From Candidatus Eiseniibacteriota bacterium (GTDB taxonomy: Bacteria; Eisenbacteria; RBG-16-71-46; JABDJR01; JAWXBZ01), in contig JAWXBZ010000085.1 of assembly GCA_034440375.1 (NCBI GenBank), forward strand, positions 1-41,448: a stretch of DNA of 41,448 nucleotides, in the 5' to 3' direction. Position 1 is the first letter of the stretch. The number at the start of each line of letters is the position of its first letter. The notes under the pieces were generated by a model that was not told the origin of the DNA, ran no database searches, and saw only the letters and a list, made by a program, of their open reading frames with translations. Positions 37,586 to 41,448 of this stretch are shown one piece after another. The position numbers were made by a program, and so were the translations under genes.

Positions 37586-37601
37586 AGCAAGGAACGGGCC
37601 A
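37586..37601 (-). promoter_or_regulatory. Sigma54 (-24/-12) promoter
   Basis: Minus strand TGGCCCGTTCCTTGCT vs consensus TGGCAC-N5-TTGCW; about 90 nt upstream of the 37497 ATG; IHF-like site at 37641-37665. Confidence 0.7.
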
Positions 37602-37777
37602 TAATCGACTTTTTCAGGATCCAAGCGGATAACTTATGCCTAAGTATTATTAAAAAAACGACTTATAGAAGTGTCAAATCTTGGATCCTTCGAATGGTGC
37701 GTTGCCGTTCATGAACGAAAAGTGTGCCATCACACCCAGGAGCACTAAAGTTCTCGGGGTGGGCACCCGATACTTAT

Positions 37778-37933
37778 TGAAACGGCTGGACCATTCCCTG
37801 CCTGGCAGGTGAGCCAAGAGAGCCTGACTCAACAGCAAGATTCCGGGGCCTTCGGGCACCACCTGGACAATCGAGCTTCAGGCCATCAAAAGCCACGGCA
37901 AGCGCGGGGAATAGCTTTCCAGCCGTTTTATTT
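37778..37933 (+). ncRNA. Candidate structured ncRNA (long rod with central bubble, 6S-like architecture)
   Basis: Nested helices AAACGGCTGGA/TCCAGCCGTTT, ATTCCCTGC/GCGGGGAAT, TGGC/GCCA, GCCTGA/TCAGGC, GATT/AATC, capped by C(TTCG)G at 37850-37855; G.U pairs favour the + strand; T-rich 3' end. Confidence 0.5.
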
Positions 37934-38104
37934 ACCCGCCGGCCATGACGGCGGGCCGCCGTGGGTGGTGACGACCGAATGACCAGCTGTGTCGGGTGAG
38001 CGTCAACATAGTGATCAGCTGGGGTTAGGGTGGGGCCTACCACCCGGCATCCTAAATCGTTTATTAACAACGATTAACAGGATAAATACTTGAATAAGTG
38101 AGGC

Positions 38105-38120
38105 TGGTCCGGCAATTGCT
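38105..38120 (+). promoter_or_regulatory. Sigma54 (-24/-12) promoter
   Basis: TGGTCCGGCAATTGCT with correct GG-N10-GC spacing; IHF-like site at 38053-38077. Confidence 0.55.
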
Positions 38121-38251
38121 TCATCTATAAGCTCATATCACGCCGATGGCTATTGTGCCTTCGACGCGGTGAACGGACAAACCGCCTGACGTTACCAGTC
38201 ACTCCATCGTTGCTGATACCGAGCGGTGCCACACACACAGGTCGTCCGAGA

Positions 38252-38305
38252 AAACACGAACGAGCCGCCGGCGCAGGGCAAATCGCCGGCGGCTCGTTTG
38301 TGTTT
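38252..38305. terminator. Bidirectional terminator-like hairpin
   Basis: 22-bp stem AAACACGAACGAGCCGCCGGCG / CGCCGGCGGCTCGTTTGTGTTT with one G.T; T-rich exits on both strands. Confidence 0.75.
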
Positions 38306-38329
38306 GTGCGACTGGGCGCCGTCCAATGG

Positions 38330-39304
38330 TTACTGAGCGCCGGTCACGCTGTCGTATACCAATCCGACGAATTGATCCGGCTTCATGAAGCCATTGCCCC
38401 ATTTGGCGTCCCACTTCGCCGTTGGTTTGGCGGCAATGACTTCGTCCTTCGACTTCTTATCGGCCACGAGTGCCTTGACGGCCTGGCTGACGTCGGCCAG
38501 CACATCGCGAAAGGCCTTGAACTCGGCCTTTGTCGCGATAGCGCCGTGCCCGGGGATGATCCGGGTGTTGTCGTCGATCATGGGGAGGATGGCATCGATC
38601 ACCGTCACGTAGCCGTCGATCGAGCCACCGCTTTCGACATCGACGAATGGATACATACCGTTGAAGAAGAGATCGCCGACATGGATGACGTTGGCCGGAC
38701 GAAAGTGGATGACGGCGTCTCCATCGGTGTGCGCGGGTGGGGTGTGGCGGACATTGATTTCCTGCCCGTTCAGATGAAAGACGACGGACTCGGCAAAGGT
38801 GATGACCGGCAGCGCTGCGTGCGGGGAGGCCGGGGTGGAATCATTGAAGGCCTTCGAAAAGCTGTCCACGCTCATCCGCCGCCGCACATTGTCGTGGGCC
38901 ACGATGACCGCGCCGGCCTCGCCGAATTTTTCATTGCCGCCCGTGTGATCACCATGCCAGTGGGTGTTCACGACGAAGCGGACCGGCTGATCGGTCAACC
39001 TGGCGATGGCGGCCTTGATCTTGTCGTTGAGTGGCGCGAACTGGTCGTCGATGAGAAATGTGCCGTCGGGGCCGATCGACAGACCCAGGTTGCCGCCGGC
39101 GCCGGACAGGAGGTACAGGCCGGAGCCTAAGTCGGTGGCTTCGACCACGACATTGGCAAAGCGATCCGCCTGGGCGACCGACGGGCGTACGCCGAAGAGA
39201 GCGGTTGAAACGATCGCGAGCAGGGCCATACCGGCCATCGAGGTGGCAGGGGAGTGGGGGCGGGTCCGGCGCAAAAGGCTGGCCACGAGATTCTGGTTCA
39301 ACAT
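38330..39304 (-). CDS. Exported MBL-fold metallo-hydrolase
   Basis: NTHWHGDHTGGN, AHTDGD, HVGDL, IPGHG; start placed at ATG 39304 after GGAG (uncertain). Confidence 0.88.
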   Translation of the reverse strand: MLNQNLVASLLRRTRPHSPATSMAGMALLAIVSTALFGVRPSVAQADRFANVVVEATDLGSGLYLLSGAGGNLGLSIGPDGTFLIDDQFAPLNDKIKAAIARLTDQPVRFVVNTHWHGDHTGGNEKFGEAGAVIVAHDNVRRRMSVDSFSKAFNDSTPASPHAALPVITFAESVVFHLNGQEINVRHTPPAHTDGDAVIHFRPANVIHVGDLFFNGMYPFVDVESGGSIDGYVTVIDAILPMIDDNTRIIPGHGAIATKAEFKAFRDVLADVSQAVKALVADKKSKDEVIAAKPTAKWDAKWGNGFMKPDQFVGLVYDSVTGAQ

Positions 39305-39506
39305 GGAGATCTCCGGGGCATTGGGGATGTCGCCACCGGATTCCCGGCGGCGGGCCGTCACTATAAGGCAGCCTCCGCCGGGGGGGTATCTCGAAGGCTG
39401 GGCATCCTTGATCGAGCTGTTAAGTTAATGATATATTTGGAGTTGTGGAGTCGGCCCACCGGCACGAGCCCGGGTCGAAAGCTGTTTCAGCCAGCGGGAC
39501 TCACCG

Positions 39507-40496
39507 GTGATGTATCATCCTCCGGCCTTGAATTCGCCCAGTGCCCTGTCCGATGCCATCATGAGGCGGGATCGCCGGGCTTTGTCGCGTGCCATGTCCT
39601 GGGTGGAGGACGAGCACGCCGGGGTGGACGACCTGTTTCGGCGGCTTCACCAGCGCACCGGGCGGGCCATTCGGGTTGGTATTACCGGGCCTCCGGGGGC
39701 GGGAAAGAGCACGCTGGTGGCGCGGATGGCCACGGTTCTTCGCCGACAATCACGCCAGGTCGGCATCGTGGCCGTCGACCCGACCAGCCCGTTTACCGGA
39801 GGGGCACTCCTCGGTGATCGGATCCGGATGCCGGAGTTGGCCGATGACCCCGGCGTCTTCATGCGCAGCATGGCCACCCGGGGAAGCCTGGGGGGGTTGG
39901 CGGCGGCCACGCACGAGGTGCTCGACCTGCTCGACGTGTTCGGCGTCGATTGGATACTGGTTGAAACGGTCGGCGTCGGGCAATCGGAACTCGACGTGGC
40001 CCGGATGACCGATGTGACGGTGGTGGTGCTGGTACCGGAATCGGGTGATGCCGTTCAGGCCATGAAGGCCGGCCTGATGGAAATTGGCGATCTGTTCGTG
40101 GTCAACAAGGCCGATCGGGATGGCGCCGATCGGGCGGTCACGGAGCTTCGATCGATGCTGGCCCTCCGAGAACGGCATGGCGGACGGCCGCTGGTGGTCC
40201 GTCAGACGGTGGCGGTCAAGGGCACCGGTGTCGCCGAGTTGTTGGAAGCCATTGAACAGTGGGTCGAGGCGGGCCGCCCGGATGGGCAGTTCACCGGGCG
40301 TCGGCGCGAAACCGAACGGTGGCGGCTGCTGCATCTGGCCCAGCGAAAACTGGTCCGAAGCCTGACGATCGGACCGGCGGGAGAATTGGCCCTGGCCCGC
40401 TTGACGACCGAAGTGCTGGAACACCGGCTGGCACCGCACGACGCGGCGGCCGAACTGGTGGAAGTGGCCCTGAGAGATGTGGCGGGCCGGGCATGA
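39507..40496 (+). CDS. meaB: Acyl-CoA mutase-associated GTPase MeaB
   Basis: [52 protein letters not shown]. Confidence 0.95.
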   Translation: MMYHPPALNSPSALSDAIMRRDRRALSRAMSWVEDEHAGVDDLFRRLHQRTGRAIRVGITGPPGAGKSTLVARMATVLRRQSRQVGIVAVDPTSPFTGGALLGDRIRMPELADDPGVFMRSMATRGSLGGLAAATHEVLDLLDVFGVDWILVETVGVGQSELDVARMTDVTVVVLVPESGDAVQAMKAGLMEIGDLFVVNKADRDGADRAVTELRSMLALRERHGGRPLVVRQTVAVKGTGVAELLEAIEQWVEAGRPDGQFTGRRRETERWRLLHLAQRKLVRSLTIGPAGELALARLTTEVLEHRLAPHDAAAELVEVALRDVAGRA

Positions 40497-40554
40497 TCCG
40501 GGGCCGCCGGGTGGCATGGATGGCGGGCGATTTGGCCCGAACGGGAGAGAGAGA

Positions 40555-41448
40555 ATGGATCTCGACGCTCTGAAGCGCGACCTCGAACTCTGGAAAGACC
40601 GGTCTGTCCACAAGGCCAGGGATCGCGACCAAGTCTTCGCCACCCTCTCGGGCAACACGATCAACACGCTCTACACGCCGCTCGACATCCAGGACCTCGA
40701 CTATCAGCGCGATCTGGGCTTTCCGGGCGAGTACCCGTTCACGCGCGGCATCCACGCCAACATGTACCGCGGCCGCCAGTGGACGATGCGCCAGTTTTCC
40801 GGATTCGGCACAGCCGAGGAGACGAATCAGCGTTATCACTTTCTCCTGGGCAAAGGGCAGACGGGCCTTTCGGTGGCCTTCGATTTTCCGACCCTGATGG
40901 GTTACGACTCGGATCACCCGCGGAGCCTGGGCGAAGTGGGCCGATGCGGCGTGGCCATCGACAGCCTCGAGGACATGGAAACGCTGTTTCGGGGAATTCC
41001 GCTGGACAAGGTTTCGACCTCGATGACCATCAACGGGCCCGCCTGTACGCTGCTGGCCCTGTACGTGGCGGCGGCGGAAAAGCAGGGCGTCGACTCGAAG
41101 TCGCTCCGCGGCACCATTCAGAACGACATGCTGAAGGAATACATGGCCCAGCATGCCTGGTGTTTCCCGATCGAGGCGAGCCTGCGGATCATCACCGACA
41201 TCATGGAGTACGGGCTGACCGAGGTGCCCCAGTGGAACACCATTTCCATCAGCGGCTATCACATTCGCGAAGCCGGCTCGACGGCGGCGCAGGAACTGGC
41301 CTTCACCCTGGCCAACGGCTTTACCTACGTCGAGCGCGGCATCGCCCGCGGACTGCCGGTGGATGAATTCGCCAGCCGCCTGTCATTCTTCTGGGATGTG
41401 CACCTCGATTTCTTCGAGGAGATCGCCAAGTTCCGCGCGGCGCGCCGC
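40555..41448 (+). CDS. B12-dependent acyl-CoA mutase large subunit (partial), isobutyryl-CoA mutase-like
   Basis: Not in the ORF track because it runs off the window. [65 protein letters not shown]. Confidence 0.92.
   Translation, partial: MDLDALKRDLELWKDRSVHKARDRDQVFATLSGNTINTLYTPLDIQDLDYQRDLGFPGEYPFTRGIHANMYRGRQWTMRQFSGFGTAEETNQRYHFLLGKGQTGLSVAFDFPTLMGYDSDHPRSLGEVGRCGVAIDSLEDMETLFRGIPLDKVSTSMTINGPACTLLALYVAAAEKQGVDSKSLRGTIQNDMLKEYMAQHAWCFPIEASLRIITDIMEYGLTEVPQWNTISISGYHIREAGSTAAQELAFTLANGFTYVERGIARGLPVDEFASRLSFFWDVHLDFFEEIAKFRAARR

Noticed and set aside
37715-37730. Third sigma54-like motif on the minus strand (TGGCACACTTTTCGT)
   Set aside because: Good -24 element but the -12 GC is missing.
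37674-38070. Short ORFs in the intergenic region (37674-37862, 37774-38070)
   Set aside because: No RBS, motifs or typical codon usage; region better explained by regulatory and RNA structure.

Overview
High-GC DNA from a diderm bacterium. FlgD-Ig/T9SS-like C-terminal domains and a recurrent '[ST]W-x-x-[VIL]K' tail suggest an FCB-affiliated lineage such as Eisenbacteria, Krumholzibacteriota or Latescibacterota (inference). 1-14 kb: a candidate alpha-glucan uptake locus with two predicted beta-barrel OMPs (one fused to a CBM48-like domain), a CBM48 lipoprotein, a five-repeat SusE/F-like lipoprotein, MalEFG-like ABC components and two paralogous secreted proteins with different C-terminal tails. 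14-24.8 kb: housekeeping run (HAD, ruvB, queA, bstA-like, Lrp, tgt, yajC, def, fmt, rsmB, PASTA, rpe) interrupted by a Panacea/SocA antitoxin and a frameshifted partner. 24.8-31.1 kb: variable island between rpe and ffh holding a probable secreted triple-YHS selenoprotein (in-frame UGA in C-U-x-x-C plus a SECIS-like hairpin, split by the ORF track), an IS3/IS2-type remnant, a diverged second copy of the rpe 3' end, two TA modules, a TA remnant and an ABC operon. Strand composition flips sharply near the UGA. 31-36.8 kb: ffh-rpsP-rimM-trmD-rplS-rnhB-(secreted protein)-yraN. 37.5-38.3 kb: an intergenic region with two divergent sigma54-like promoters, IHF-like sites, a ~155-nt rod-shaped RNA candidate and a second sRNA candidate. 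The window ends with an MBL hydrolase, meaB and a B12 acyl-CoA mutase carrying isobutyryl-CoA mutase signature residues. All calls are from manual reading; no searches were run.
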